Shown here piece after piece: positions 52,311 through 64,000 of a stretch of 64,000 bases of DNA. The position numbers and the translations under genes were made by a program. The first letter of the stretch is position 1. The number at the start of each line of letters is the position of its first letter. Origin of the DNA: Hypanus sabinus (Eukaryota); contig NC_082708.1 in assembly GCF_030144855.1 (NCBI RefSeq), forward strand, positions 135,532,001-135,596,000, read 5' to 3'. A model generated the notes under the pieces. The model searched no databases. It had not been told where the DNA came from and was given only the letters and a program-made list of their open reading frames with translations.

Positions 52311-52470
52311 TTGAATTTTCCTGCTTCCATCTCTTTTTTTGAAAGGAACTGAGAATTGAACAGGTATTTCAATTTTTCTTTGCTTATATTTCAAAATAAT
52401 AAAGAAAAACTGAATTACCTGTTCAATTCTTGTTTTCTTTCAAAAAAGAGATGGAAGCAGGAAAATTCAA
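52311..52470. repeat. 160-bp fold-back palindrome
   Basis: 52311-52381 pairs with 52401-52470 (ttgaattttcctgcttccatctc...gagatggaagcaggaaaattcaa) with few mismatches and a short AT-rich loop. Confidence 0.9.
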
Positions 52471-53837
52471 GTGCTGAAATAATAGAGTGCACATTTTGTT
52501 TTTGTGTTAGCTTTGTCCTCAATGCCAGATTCAGCTTTGTCTGAATTTCCAAAAAGTATGTTTTTCTTTTTATGGAAATAATTGTTTCCTGTCAGAAACA
52601 TTTATAGAAAATCACGGTATGAATGTCTGATTACATCATTCTCCATGGCATGTAGTTTAATTTCTACTGAGGAGTCATTGTACTTCAGGACCACAAAGAA
52701 AACCGTATTCAACTAAAAATTTCTTTAAATATATAGTAACATTACTTATGGGTAACATACCACAGTTACTCAATATTTTTTAATTTAAAAAATAACTGGC
52801 AGAAACAAACTATAATCTTTGAAGAATCCTGACAGGTTAACATTAAAATGGGCAGCATGGAAAACAAGTATTAAAAGACCACCAACATTGTGAAAGCATA
52901 CAGCTTTATAGTTGAGTTTCTGCTGATTGCAGTGTTTACTTTTGAATTAAAGCAGTAACTGAATATCCCAGAGAGCTTGGTGTGAACAACTCACAATTAT
53001 GTAATGTTGTATTTTCTTTTAACAAGGTTTCACAGTAATTCACAGTAAATTTGATGCTACAGAACAGTCACAATTGTTATGTCCCAGTTCAGTTCTTTAT
53101 CTGAGCTGAATTAGCTAAAAACACAATGTTAGCAGCAATTGAGGCAATGAGTGTAGGAAGCAGAAAATGAATTAAATAGGGTTATGCCTTCTGTCACTGT
53201 CTAACTGTCTGATGTCCTTGGACTCCAGGCTGAGGTATAAAGATGGTCTATTTGAGTAAGACCTACAGGACCTAGCTTTGTCAGTAGTTATACAGTTTAG
53301 ATCAGAAAGTATGGTGAAGAAGTAGCTGGTAATTTTGGTAAGGGGAGAGTGGTTACTAAGCAGTGTAGAAACAAGAAGTTAAGTTAAATCAAAAAGCCAA
53401 GAGAAATGGCTTAACTCCACAAATGGATTTGGAGGATGCTGGTGTTGCTGGCACAGGCCTCATATATGGATATTTAAAGTAAGACGTTTCAAACAATTTC
53501 AATTGGATCATAAGTCTGCAAAGGGACCGTTTTAACTATGAATATGCCCTGCCAAGTTGAGAAAATTTTGTAAATATATCAGAGAGGTTTTGGGGAACAT
53601 GGGGAATGGGAAGGACTGCTGAGAATGAAGAATTTAACTCATCTGTAGATACCAATCTACAAAGTAAGTGGGTGCTGCTAATTGATGCTGCATCTTGGAA
53701 TAACGTGGACAGTGTGAAAAAAGAAATACTTCGAAGGGCAGAATATGGCTTTATTGTCATGCTGAATAGTTAGTAGAAATAGCTTGTTAGGAATTGTAAA
53801 CAACACACACAAAATGCTGGAGGAGCTCAGCAGGAAT

Positions 53838-56380
53838 TATATCTTTAGAAAGAGATGACATAGGGTCAGAGAATGTTGAATCTTTGTGGGTGGAGTTAAA
53901 AAATTGCAGGGGTAAAAGAAAAGCATTATGGGAATCATATATAGGCCTCTAAATAGTAGCCAAGATGTGAGGTTAAGATTGCAAAGGGAGCTGGAAAAGG
54001 CATGTAAAAAGAGTAATGACACAATTGTAAATGGGGGACTTCAATATGCAAGGGGATTGGGAAAATCAGGTTGGTGTCAGATTGCAAGAGAGGGAATTTG
54101 ATGAATGCCTACAAGATGTCTTTTTAGAGCAGCTCGTGATTGAGCCTACTTGGGGAAAGACTATCTTAGGTTGGGTATTGTGTAAAAACCCAGATCTTTT
54201 AAGGGAGCTTAATGTAAAGGAACCCTTAGGAGCCAGTGATCATATCATGATTAGATTCATACTGCAACTTGAGAGTGAAAATCATGAGTCAGATGTATCA
54301 GTATTGCAATGGAATAAAGGTAATTACAGAGGGATGAGAAAGGAGCTAGCTCTGGCGGATTGGAGGAGAATATTGGTGGAGATGATGGCAGAGCAGAGAT
54401 GGCTGAAGTTTTTGGAAATAGGTCACAAGGAGCAGGATAGATATGTCCCATAGAGGAAAAAGTTCTAAAATTTCAAGGGGTAGGCAACCGTGGAAGACAA
54501 AACAAGTTAAGGACTGCTTAAAAGCCAAGGAAAGGGCATATAAGGTAGCAAAAGTGAGTGGGAAGTTGGATGATTAGGAAGCTTTTAAAATCCAACAAAA
54601 GGCAACTAAAAATGTTTTAAGTAGGGGAAAGATGAAATATGAGGGCAGACTAGCCAATTATATAAAGCAGGATACCAAAACTTTTTCAGTTATATAAAGA
54701 GAAAAAGGGACGCAAGAGTTGATATTGGACCACCGGACGAGATGGGGGACAAAGAAATGGTAGATGAACTTAATGGGTAATTTGCATCTGTCTTCACTGT
54801 GGAAGACACTAGTAGTGTGCCAGAGGTCCGTGATTGTCGGGAGCAGGGGTGAGTGCCATTGCTATTACAAAGAAAAAAGTGCTAGGCAAACTTAAAGGTT
54901 TTAAGGCAGATAAGACAACTGGGCCAGATAGCCTACATCTCAGAGTCTGGGGAGTGTTGCTGAAGAGTTAACAGATTCATTTGTCATGATCTTTCAAGAA
55001 TCACTTGATTCTGCTGTGGTCCCAGAGGACTGGTAAATTGCAAATGTCACTCCACTCTTTAAAAAGGGAGGAAGGCTAAAGAAAGGAATTTCTAGGCCAG
55101 TTAGTCTAACCCCAATGGTTGGGAAAGTGTTGGAATCTATTATTAAGGATGAGGTTTCGAGGTACTTAGAGAATAAAGATAAAGTAAGTCAAAGTCAGCA
55201 TAGTTTCTGTAAAGGGAAATCATGCCTGACAAATCTGTTTCTGTTCTTCTAGGAAATAACATGCTGGGTGGATAAAGGAGAGGCAGTGAATGTCATTTAT
55301 TTGAATTTTCAGGCAGCCTTTGATAAGGTGCCACACATGAAGCTGCTTAACTAGATAAAATCCTGTGGTGTTACAGGAAAGATACTGGCATGGTTAGAGG
55401 AATGGCTGACAGGCAGGAGGCAGCAAGTGGGAAGAAAAGGGGCCTTTACTGGTTGGCTGCCAGTGACTAGCAGTGTTCTTCAGGGGTCAGTATCAGGACC
55501 TCTACTTTTCATATTGTTTGTCTATGATTTAGATAATGGAATGGATGGCTTTGTGGCAAAGTTTTCAGATGATACGAAGATAGGTGGAGGGGTAGGAAAT
55601 GCTGAAGAAGCAGTGCATTATCTAAATGGGGAAAAGGTTCAAACATTGGAAATGCAGAGGGACTTACAAGCCCTCATGCAAGACTCCCAGAAGGTTAATT
55701 TACAGGTTGAGTCTGTTTTAAAGAAGGGAATTGCAATGTTGGCTTTTATTTCAAGGGGAATAGAATATAAAAACCAGGAGATAATAGTAGCCTTTATAAG
55801 ACACTAGTCAGACCGCACTTAGAGTACTGTACTGTCAACAGTTTTGGGCCCCATATCTCAGAAAAGATGTGTTGCCATTGGAGAAAGTCCAGAGGAGGTC
55901 CATGAGGATGATTCCGGGAATGAAGGGATTAGCATAGGAGTATTTGGCAGCTTTGGGCCTGTAATCACTAGAATCTAGAAGGAAGTGTGGGGATCTCAAA
56001 TCTCTACTAAATTTTGAAAGGACTAGATAGGGTGGATGCGGAGAGAATATTTGCTATGGTGGGGGTGTCCAGAACTAGAGGGCACATCCTCAAAACCGAG
56101 GTGTGTCCGTTTAGAACAGAGATAAGGAGGAATTTTTTTAAACCAGAGAGTAGTAAATCTGTAGTACGCTCTGCCACAAAGTGCAGTGGAGGCCAAGTCC
56201 TAGTGTATATTTAAGGTGGAAGTTTATCATTTCCTGATTGGGTAGGGCATCAAAGGATATGGCAAGAAGGCCAGCTTATGGGGTTGAATGGGATCCAGGA
56301 TCAGACATGATGGAATGCTGGAGCAGACTTGATGTGCTGAATGGCCTATTTCTGTACCTATGCCTTATGGTCTTATGGTC
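53838..56380 (+). mobile_element. CR1 LINE ORF2 pseudogene (APE to 3' tail), same subfamily as 48011-50681
   Basis: 'MGDFN', 'PLGASDH', 'FVAKFSDDTKIGG'; tail 'cttatggtcttatggtc'. Confidence 0.92.
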
Positions 56381-56694
56381 AAGTGTTTGTTAGAAATTAT
56401 TTTCTTCTAGCAAGAATAGAAAAAAACATGAGAGTAAGAAAAAAGGCGGGTGAAGTTTTACCATCTTTGCATAGCAAGAATGGAACAATGGATGGATTAA
56501 AATCTGAAAATACTGTCTTATTGTAAGATCTTGCCGGTGTGCTGTGATTGAAGAGATAGCATAGAGACAGCAGGCAGTGTTGCTGGCCCAAAGCTCTAAG
56601 TCCAGCAACCAGTGTCCGATCCTGACCACAAGTATTATCTACGGTGCCTATAAAACTTATTCAACCCCCCTGGAAGTTTTTATGTTTTATTGTT

Positions 56695-57725
56695 CAAAGT
56701 TATCTCTTCACCCTTGAAATAGTCCTCTACAGATCATACCTGGTTTTCTGGTACAGGCCTGGATCACCAGAGTTGAATGCCACAGTTCTAGCCTTAAGCA
56801 GATAACGTACCTCCTGGTTCATCCACGGCTTTCAGTTTGGGAATGTACAGTAAGTCTTTGTAGACACACACTCATCCACACAGGTTTTAATGAAGTTGGT
56901 AACAACTGCAGCATACTCATCCAGGTTCGAAGATGAATCCCTGAATACAGTCTGGTCCATTGATTCAAAGCAGTTGTGTAGGTGCTCCTGTGCTTCCCTT
57001 GTCCATACTTCCTTGATCCTCACTATTGGTGCTGCAGCCTTCAGTCTCTGCCTATACTCAGGGAGTAGAAGTACAGCCGGGTGATCAGACTTCCCGAAGT
57101 GAGGGCACGGAATCACATGGTAGGCAATCTTGATGGAAGTGTAGCAAAGGTCCAGTGTGTTGTTTCCTCTAATATTGCAAGTGGTCTGTTATTGGTAATA
57201 GGTCAGTGAGTTTTTTCAGACTGGCCTGGCTAAAATCTCCCAAAACGATGGTGAAGGTGTTAGGATGCGTTGTTTCGTGCATGTTGATCCCATTGCTCAG
57301 ATCATCTAAAGTCTGGTTAACATTGGCCTGAGGTAGAATGTAAATTGCTACTGAAATGACCCCAGAGAACTCCAGTGATGGGTAAAAATGATGGCTCTTA
57401 ACTGCTAGATATTCCAGGTCTAGTGAGCAGAATTGTGACAGCTCTGATATATTTGTGCACAAAGAAGGGTTGATCATGAGGCATACTCCTCCACCTCTGC
57501 TTTTGAGAGACTCTATAGATCTATCCTGATAGTGTATAGTAAACCTAGCGATCTGAATTGTTGCATCCGGTACAGAAGGGGTTAAACAGGATTCTGTGAA
57601 TGCCCCTTTGATTCAGTACCCTAACTCTGAGATCATCGATTTTATCCACCAGAGACTGCATGTTTGCCAGTAAAGTAATTGGTATTGGGAGTTTAAAACC
57701 CCGTTTCCTTGAACACACTTGTAAC
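56695..57725 (-). mobile_element. Rex1/Babar-like LINE endonuclease-region fragment
   Basis: 'ANMQSLVDKIDDLR', 'CSLDLEYLAVK', 'VLGDFSQA', 'PHFGKSDH'. Confidence 0.75.
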
Positions 57726-57729
57726 CCTG

Positions 57730-58032
57730 ATCACCTATCAGTGGAAGAAACTTGCCTGCCTCTCTCTTATCTGTCCCTTTCATAATTTTATACGTTTCTA
57801 TAAGATTTCCTCTCATCCTTCTGAATTCCAGTGAGTAGAGTCCTAGGCGACTCAATCTCTCCTCATGGTCTAACTCTCTCATCGTGGAATCAACCTGGTG
57901 AACCTCCTCTGCACTGCCTTGAAAGCTAGTATATCCTTCCTGAAGTAACAAGACCAGAACTCCAGTTAAGGCCTCACCAGTGCCCTGTAGGGTTGCAGCA
58001 TAACCTCCCTGCTCTTAACTTCAGTCCATCTA
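57730..58032 (-). mobile_element. CR1 fragment
   Basis: 'EERLSRLGLYSLEFRRMRGNLIETYKIMKG'. Confidence 0.85.
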
Positions 58033-58094
58033 ACAATCTCTGCAGATTTTCCAAATTTTCTGCATAGGGTCAGTACCCTGGCGAAAACTATACC

Positions 58095-58711
58095 ATGATA
58101 ACTAAAGAACACTCCAATCAACTCTGTGAAAAAGGTTATTAAAAAGCACAAGTCAAGAGATGGATACAAGAAAATTTCCAAGTCACTGAATATCCCTTGT
58201 CAATCATCAAGGTATGGAAAGAATATGACATAGGTATAAATCTGCCTAGAGCAGGCTATCCTCAAAAACTGAGTGACCGTGCAAGAAGGGGACTAGTGAG
58301 GGAGACCACCAAGAGACCTATGACAACTTTGGAGGTGTGACTAGCTTCACTGGCTGCAACGGGAGAGACTGAGCTTGCAACTTTTGCCTGGGTGCTTCAC
58401 CAATCGCAGCTTTATGGGAGAGAAAACCACTGTTAAAAAAAAAGCTGACATGAAATCTAGGCTGGAATTTGCCAGATGGCATGTGGGAGACTCTGAAGTC
58501 ATCTGGAAGAAGATTCTTTGGTCTGATGAATCAAAAATTGAGGTTTTTGGCTATCAGACTAAATGCTCTGTTTGGCATAAGCCAAACACCACACCCCATC
58601 AAAAACAAACCATCCCTACCATGAAGCATGGTGCTGGCTGCATCGTGCAGTGGGGATGCGTCAATGCACGAGGCTGTAATTGCGGCCAATGGTGCATCTA
58701 CTAAATACTGA
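58095..58711 (+). pseudogene. Tc1 transposase pseudogene, internally deleted (lacks the D34E part)
   Basis: 'MITKEHS', 'GYKKISKSLNIP', 'WKKILWSDESKIE', 'PTMKHGAGCIVQWGC'; C-terminus 'GASTKY*'. Confidence 0.9.
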
Positions 58712-59397
58712 CTTGGGGGAGGGAGATGTGAGTAATTATGCAATCAATTATTTTGTGTTTAATAATTGCAATAAATTTAGACCATCCTGTAGAAGTTTGT
58801 TTTCAGTTTGACACAAAAGAGATTTTTTTCCTTGTTGATCAGTGTCAAACATGCCAAATTAAATCCACTGTGATGCAATGTTTTAAAACAATAAAACATG
58901 AAAATTTCCAAGGTGGGGGGGGGGGGGGTGTGTGAATACTTCTATAGCCACTGTATGTCATGCTTACATATTCTCCCTGCAACAGCTAGGTTTTCCAGTT
59001 GCTCCCAATTCTTCACATATCCCATAGGTACAGGTTGTAAGTTGATTTCTCTTCTGTAAATTATCCCTGGAGCAATTGAATGTTAGGAGAATCACTGGGG
59101 ATTTTATGGATACGTGCTCCCCATTCTGGTTTCCTCCTCATCCCTTCTCTTCTCTTCACCTGTCCATCATGTATTTCTGCTGACCGTGCTTCCCTTTCTG
59201 TCATGGTCCACTGTCCTCTCCCATCAGATTCTTTATTTTTCAGCCCTTTACCTCTTCTACCTATCACCTCTCAATTCATTGGCCCTCCCACGCCCACCCA
59301 TGTTCCTCTTCATCTGGGTTCACCTATAACCTGACACCTTTCCCTCACCACATCTTCTTATTCTGGTTTGTACTACAGAATAAGATTTTGGGAAATA

Positions 59398-59824
59398 TGA
59401 GTGGTGATTGATAAATTCATGGCCTAAGGTAGAAGGAGACAATTTTAGAAAACCTAGCACATTTATTTTTCAATATAGTCCCCTTATATATTTACACACT
59501 TAATCCAGCGGTCGTGGAGCATACGGATCTTGGACCTCCAGAAAGTGTCCACAGCGTGAGTGATTGATAAGTTCATGGCCTAAGGTAGAAGGAGATGAGT
59601 TATTAATTTCAAACTTTCTGCATAACCACTCAAAGAGCTGAACTGCACGTGCATGTAATGAGAGCTGTATAACTCATCTCCTTCTACATTTACACACGAC
59701 CACTGTACTAAGTGTGTAAGTGGACTAAGTGGACTAAGGGGACGATGTTGAAAAAATAAATGTGCGAGGTTTTCTAAAATTGACTCCTTCTACCTTAGGC
59801 CACAAACTTATCAATCACCCCTCG
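59398..59824. mobile_element. Compound mariner-type MITE
   Basis: TIR '(c/t)gag(g/t)ggtgattgataa...ggcctaaggtagaaggag' at both ends and repeated internally at about 59548; TA on the left, CA on the right. Confidence 0.85.
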
Positions 59825-59984
59825 CAAGTTGGAAAAGGGTATATAAATTGGTTTGTTTGACTGAATGGCCTCCATGTCAGAAGAGCACATAAGAAATATA
59901 AGAAATTGTATCATCAATGGGGCTTTCATTAAAGTCACACTTAAAGTCATTGAGCATTCAGTTATACAGCACCGAAGCAGATTT

Positions 59985-60600
59985 TTCGGTCCATCTGACC
60001 ATACCTATCTTCAAATACCTAACAAAATCAGTCCCAGCACATTCAGGATTGCCAGTAATGCCATTGCCAGTACACAAGGAGAACAAAATAATTGGTACTC
60101 TGGAAATAATGCAGCACAAAAATTGTAAAGAATACAATGATAAAAAAACTATAAATATAAAAACATGAGATAGCCTATATAAATTAATTATTTGTAGTGT
60201 CAAAAGTGACTCTAGGCACAGGAGTGTCTATACATAAGTTAACACTACAGGAAATGATGAAATACTGGTGGTGCAGGGATGTAGAGGGGTGGGTTAGTGG
60301 GTGGAAGTGTTAATCAGCCTTACTGCTTGGGGAAAGTAATCGTTTTTGAGTCTGGGTGGTGCTGGTGTGAATGCTACATAGCCTCCTCCCTGATGGGAGT
60401 GGGACAAATGGTCCATGAGCTGGGTGTGTGGGATTCTTCATGATGTTACTGGCCCTTTTCTGTATATATATATATCCTTGATGACAGGTAGGCTGATGCA
60501 TCAGGTCATTTTTATTACCTATTTTAGAGCCTCCCGGTCTACGGCAGTGCAATTTTTATACCATACAGAGATACAGCATGGTTAGGATGCTCTCATGGTC
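59985..60600 (-). mobile_element. Rex1/Babar-like LINE 3' fragment
   Basis: 'RASNIMKNPTHPAHGPFVPLPSGRRLCSI'. Confidence 0.7.
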
Positions 60601-60829
60601 CATAAGCCTTAGTGACTCAAGTTCTTGGCCAGGTTCTTCTTAATTGTTATGCCTCCACCAACTTTGACAGTACAAATGCAGCTTGGCTTTAAAACTGTTT
60701 CTTCAGATCACTTTAAACCTATACCTACTAGTTGATACATAATTGCCAGGGGAAAGGTTTCTTACTATCTTCCCTAACTATGTTTCATCATTTTGTATAG
60801 CTCTATCAAGGAAAACAAGCTCAGATATT

Positions 60830-61150
60830 CAGTAATTAAGGACCACCCCCCCCCCCCCAATCACCCAGGACATGCCTCCTCCCTTCTCACTTTTACCATC
60901 AAGGAGAAAAAGTACAGGAGCGTGAATACACATACTCAACATTCCAGGGACAGCTTCTTCCCCTCTGCCATCTGATTTCTGTATGGACAAAGAACCTATG
61001 AACGCTACCTCACCATCTTTCTTTTGCACTACTTAACATATATATTCCTTATTGTAATTCATTTTTTTTATTATTATGTATTACAGTGTACTGTGGTTGC
61101 ACAACAACATATTTCACAGTAAATGCCAATCATATTACACCTGATCCTGA
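60830..61150 (+). mobile_element. Rex1/Babar-like LINE 3' end
   Basis: 'IKD...HPGHA...YRSVNTHTQHSRDSFFPSAI'; 'ctgatcctga' tail. Confidence 0.65.
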
Positions 61151-61885
61151 TGTCTTGTATTCTTTCTTTATTACCATCTTTTGGAATCTTTGAACTTGTA
61201 CACTAATTCCACTTGCTTCATCAGTAATCACTCGGGTCTTACTCTATATGTCTATCCTTCTTAAACCCCCAAAATGCAATACCTCATGGTTGTCAGAATT
61301 ACATTCCATTGGCACCACCACGTATGAATAACTTCAACTGAAATAGATTTCTAGGCTAACCACAGTCTGACAGTGGATTCGTGGTTGAAGAAACTGGATG
61401 GACAGAAGAACCCAGGACAAATTGAAGAAATTTGTTTCTGTTGAAGTCCCTATGGGCCAAATGCACAGGAATTGCCACTCTCCAAATATTCACTTCACGA
61501 CCGAGCTTCCACACTACACCCTCTCCCTGAATATGCCGGGACTTCTAATTTCCAGTTGACCCACAATCATTTTATACCTGATTTCAGGATCATCAGATGG
61601 ATCACTGCCTTCTTGAGAGAAGTTGCATTTAAATGGAGCCCTGTAGAAGTTTTACATCCCTAAACATTTTCAATGGGTGCTTCACCAATTGCTGGTCTTA
61701 TTAATATCATTTCTAACCCCAGTATAAACTGTTGTCTGTGCACAATGGATAAAATAAACAGAATGTGTTAGATACGTGGGTTAGGACCAAAAAAACATGG
61801 TTGGAATCACTCAGGAAGTTTATTCACTGTGTAGAAAATCAAACTTGCAAAAATGAGTGAAAATAGTGAAAAGAAGAATGCCAAT

Positions 61886-62892
61886 ATTTACAAAATGATA
61901 TCTACTAGTTAACACAAGAATACCTTTTACTTATTCTTGTCCAGTGTGAACTCTTCACAGCCCCCATCTGTCTCTCATACTGAGAGTGAAAAGCCCCCCC
62001 CCCTTTTTTAGACACTAAGATATACCATTTCTAAGTACTAACAAAGTTAACCTAAAACTACACATGAATTACTATATAATGCATGGCATGGTGCAATTAC
62101 AATCAGACATTAAAATAAGTATACAAGCAACATACCGTATATATATATTTACATATCCCCATTACTAAAGATACAGATTATTCTGCCATGTGTGGCAGAA
62201 AAGGCACCATAAAGTCAACCCAAGTGCATTAATTCAGTTTAGAATTAAACTAAACTTTGATGTTTGACTCTGAATGTATGTAGCAATGCGGAGGAAAAAC
62301 GGGGTTAATTATGAGGCTGTACTGGGAAAGACATTGAAGTGTGTACACACGATGCAACAACAGCAGAATGACAAGGCAATATTTGTGTGTGAATGAATGC
62401 AAGAGTGTAATGAGTGTGGCTACTGAGTGCTCCTCATCATAGAATGAATAAAATGATAAGTTTCTCTGCCGAGAAAGCAATTATGAGAAAAACGTAGCTA
62501 GACTTGATTGAAGAAATGGATATACATTTTAACTGCGCAAAATAAGTTTTTAGTTTTATGGTTGTTTCCACATAATTTGAAAATTTCTCAGTAAAGATTA
62601 CTTATTAGAGAAGAATAACATGTGTGATACATTGGCAATGAGTAGCAGTATATACATAGCAAACATAGTAAATAGAGGTAATTAAACCTCTATGCCATGC
62701 ATCATATACTAATTCATGTGTAGTTTTAGGTTAACTTTGTTAGTACTTAGAAATGGTATATCTTAGTGCCTAAAAAAACGGGGGCTTTTCACTTTCAGTA
62801 TGAGAGAGAGATAGGGGCTGTGAGGAGTTCACACTGGACAAGAATAAGTAAAAGGTATTCTTGTGTTAACTAGTAGATATCATTTTGTAAAT
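61886..62892. repeat. Long inverted repeat: arms 61886-62089 and 62692-62892, spacer about 600 bp
   Basis: Arms align over about 200 bp with about 7 substitutions plus a homopolymer length difference (hand count); no TSD. Confidence 0.95.
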
Positions 62893-62959
62893 CCTTGAAA
62901 CAACCATTCCTAAAATAAATTATGTGGGCTTGTTGATGTAGGAATCAACAAATAGGCAC

Positions 62960-63625
62960 AGAATCAGAATCAGATTTATTGTCACTGACATATGTTGTGA
63001 ACTTTGTTGTTTTGTGGTAGCAGTACAGTGCAATACCAAAAAATTACTACAAGAAACAATAAAAAAAATTAAATTATTAAACAATGTGACAGATAAATAG
63101 GTGGATAAATGGATGGAGAAATAGATAGTGCCAAAAGAGAGCAATATAGTGATGTTCTGTTCATGGAGATTTCAAAAATCTGTTGACAGAGAAGAAGCTA
63201 AGTGTTGAATGTGGGCTTTCAAGTTCCTGTACTTTCTCTTTGACAGTAGTAATGAGAAGACAGTGTGGATGATGAGGGTTCTTTGTGATAAATGTTGTTT
63301 TTTACGCATTGCCTTTTGAAGGTGTCCTCAGTGGTGGGAAGGCTAATGCCCATAATGGAGCTGGCTGAGTTTATAACCATCTACAGTTCTCTCCAATCTT
63401 GTGCAATGTTGCCTCAATACCAGATGTTGAAGCAACCAGTAAGAACCCACTCCACGGTACAACTGTATAAACTTGCCAGAATCTTTAGTGACATACCAAA
63501 CCCCCTCAAACTCCTAATACAAACGTTTGTAAAATATAGCCTTCTTTGTAATTGCATCAATATGTAGGACCCAGGATAGATCTTCAGACATGTTGACACC
63601 CAGGAGTTTGAAGCTGCTCACCCTC
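62960..63625 (-). mobile_element. Rex1/Babar-like LINE 3' fragment
   Basis: 'QRRLYF...LRGFGMSLKILASLYSCTVEWVLTGCFNIWY'; tail 'agaatcagaatcag'. Confidence 0.75.
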
Positions 63626-64000
63626 AATATGACTTTGTTAGTGAAATCCGACTAATTGATTGATAACACAAAGGAAGATCTTCATAAAAATTAAAATTAT
63701 GTTAAATTAGACTTCCATCAGTCAGAATTTTATGGGAAGTTCAAGAGTTTATTGAATGGTGGAATGATACTGAGTTTTTGTAAAGGACGATTATTTATAA
63801 CACATGTTGAATCGGCAAATTTCCAAAGGACACGTAACCAACGGTTTCCTGGAGTTGATAAACCAGCTGAAGAAGAGAGAAGAGAAATCCAGAAAAGGAC
63901 GAAAATTTTCAGGGACAATTTTGGAACTCTGTCACTTTGGCGCTGTATGTTCCAATCTAATGAGTAATTTTAACAGCAATCCTCACAAATCTGCTTGCTT

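Larger units (their letters stand above)
56642..58953 (+). mobile_element. Tc1-like DNA transposon fossil containing two nested LINE fragments
   Basis: TIRs 'cggtgcctataaaacttattca' and 'tgaatacttctatagccactg'; TA on both sides (56640-56641, 58954-58955). Confidence 0.88.

Noticed and set aside
53583-53668. Candidate exon ending in a GTAAGT donor
   Set aside because: No polypyrimidine acceptor and an unrecognisable translation.
62090-62691. Transposase or zinc-finger remnant (CNECG) in the inverted-repeat spacer
   Set aside because: Stops surround the motif, there is no catalytic signature and no TSD.
63829-63944. Possible coding exon (HVTNGFLELINQLKKREEKSRKGRKF)
   Set aside because: Weak acceptor and donor and no recognisable homology; cannot be supported without transcript data.
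1-64000. CRISPR arrays, rRNA, true tRNA genes, prokaryotic operons
   Set aside because: No regularly spaced repeats or gene-dense coding; tRNA-like A/B boxes occur only as SINE heads.

Overview
Eukaryotic, AT-rich, repeat-dense window with no host protein-coding exon that I can recognise, so it is probably intronic or intergenic. The repeat complement (CR1 LINEs, V-domain and CORE-like tRNA SINEs, Penelope-like elements, Rex/Babar-like LINEs, Tc1) points to a vertebrate, most likely a cartilaginous fish such as a ray; this assignment is inference. The centre (12835-23595) holds two nested minus-strand Ty3/Gypsy LTR retrotransposons. An older, decayed element with a PNMA-like gag has its 5' LTR interrupted by a younger, near-intact CsRn1-like element (tRNA-Trp PBS, CHCC gag knuckle, GGGAAAC slippery site), and a later deletion removed the outer parts of both 5' LTRs. 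Also present are a decayed Sushi-like Gypsy element, a solo LTR, a Tc1 fossil, a compound mariner-type MITE and Penelope pLTRs with degenerate hammerhead ribozyme motifs. The signal least explained by ordinary repeat annotation is a set of local inverted copies of unique DNA of different ages: 6024-6240 copied to 6877-7093; 35865-35953 copied to 27398-27486; a 160-bp fold-back at 52311-52470; and 61886-62089 paired with 62692-62892. Their junctions resemble templated double-strand-break repair. Nearly all ORF-track entries are transposon fragments or antisense shadows of them.
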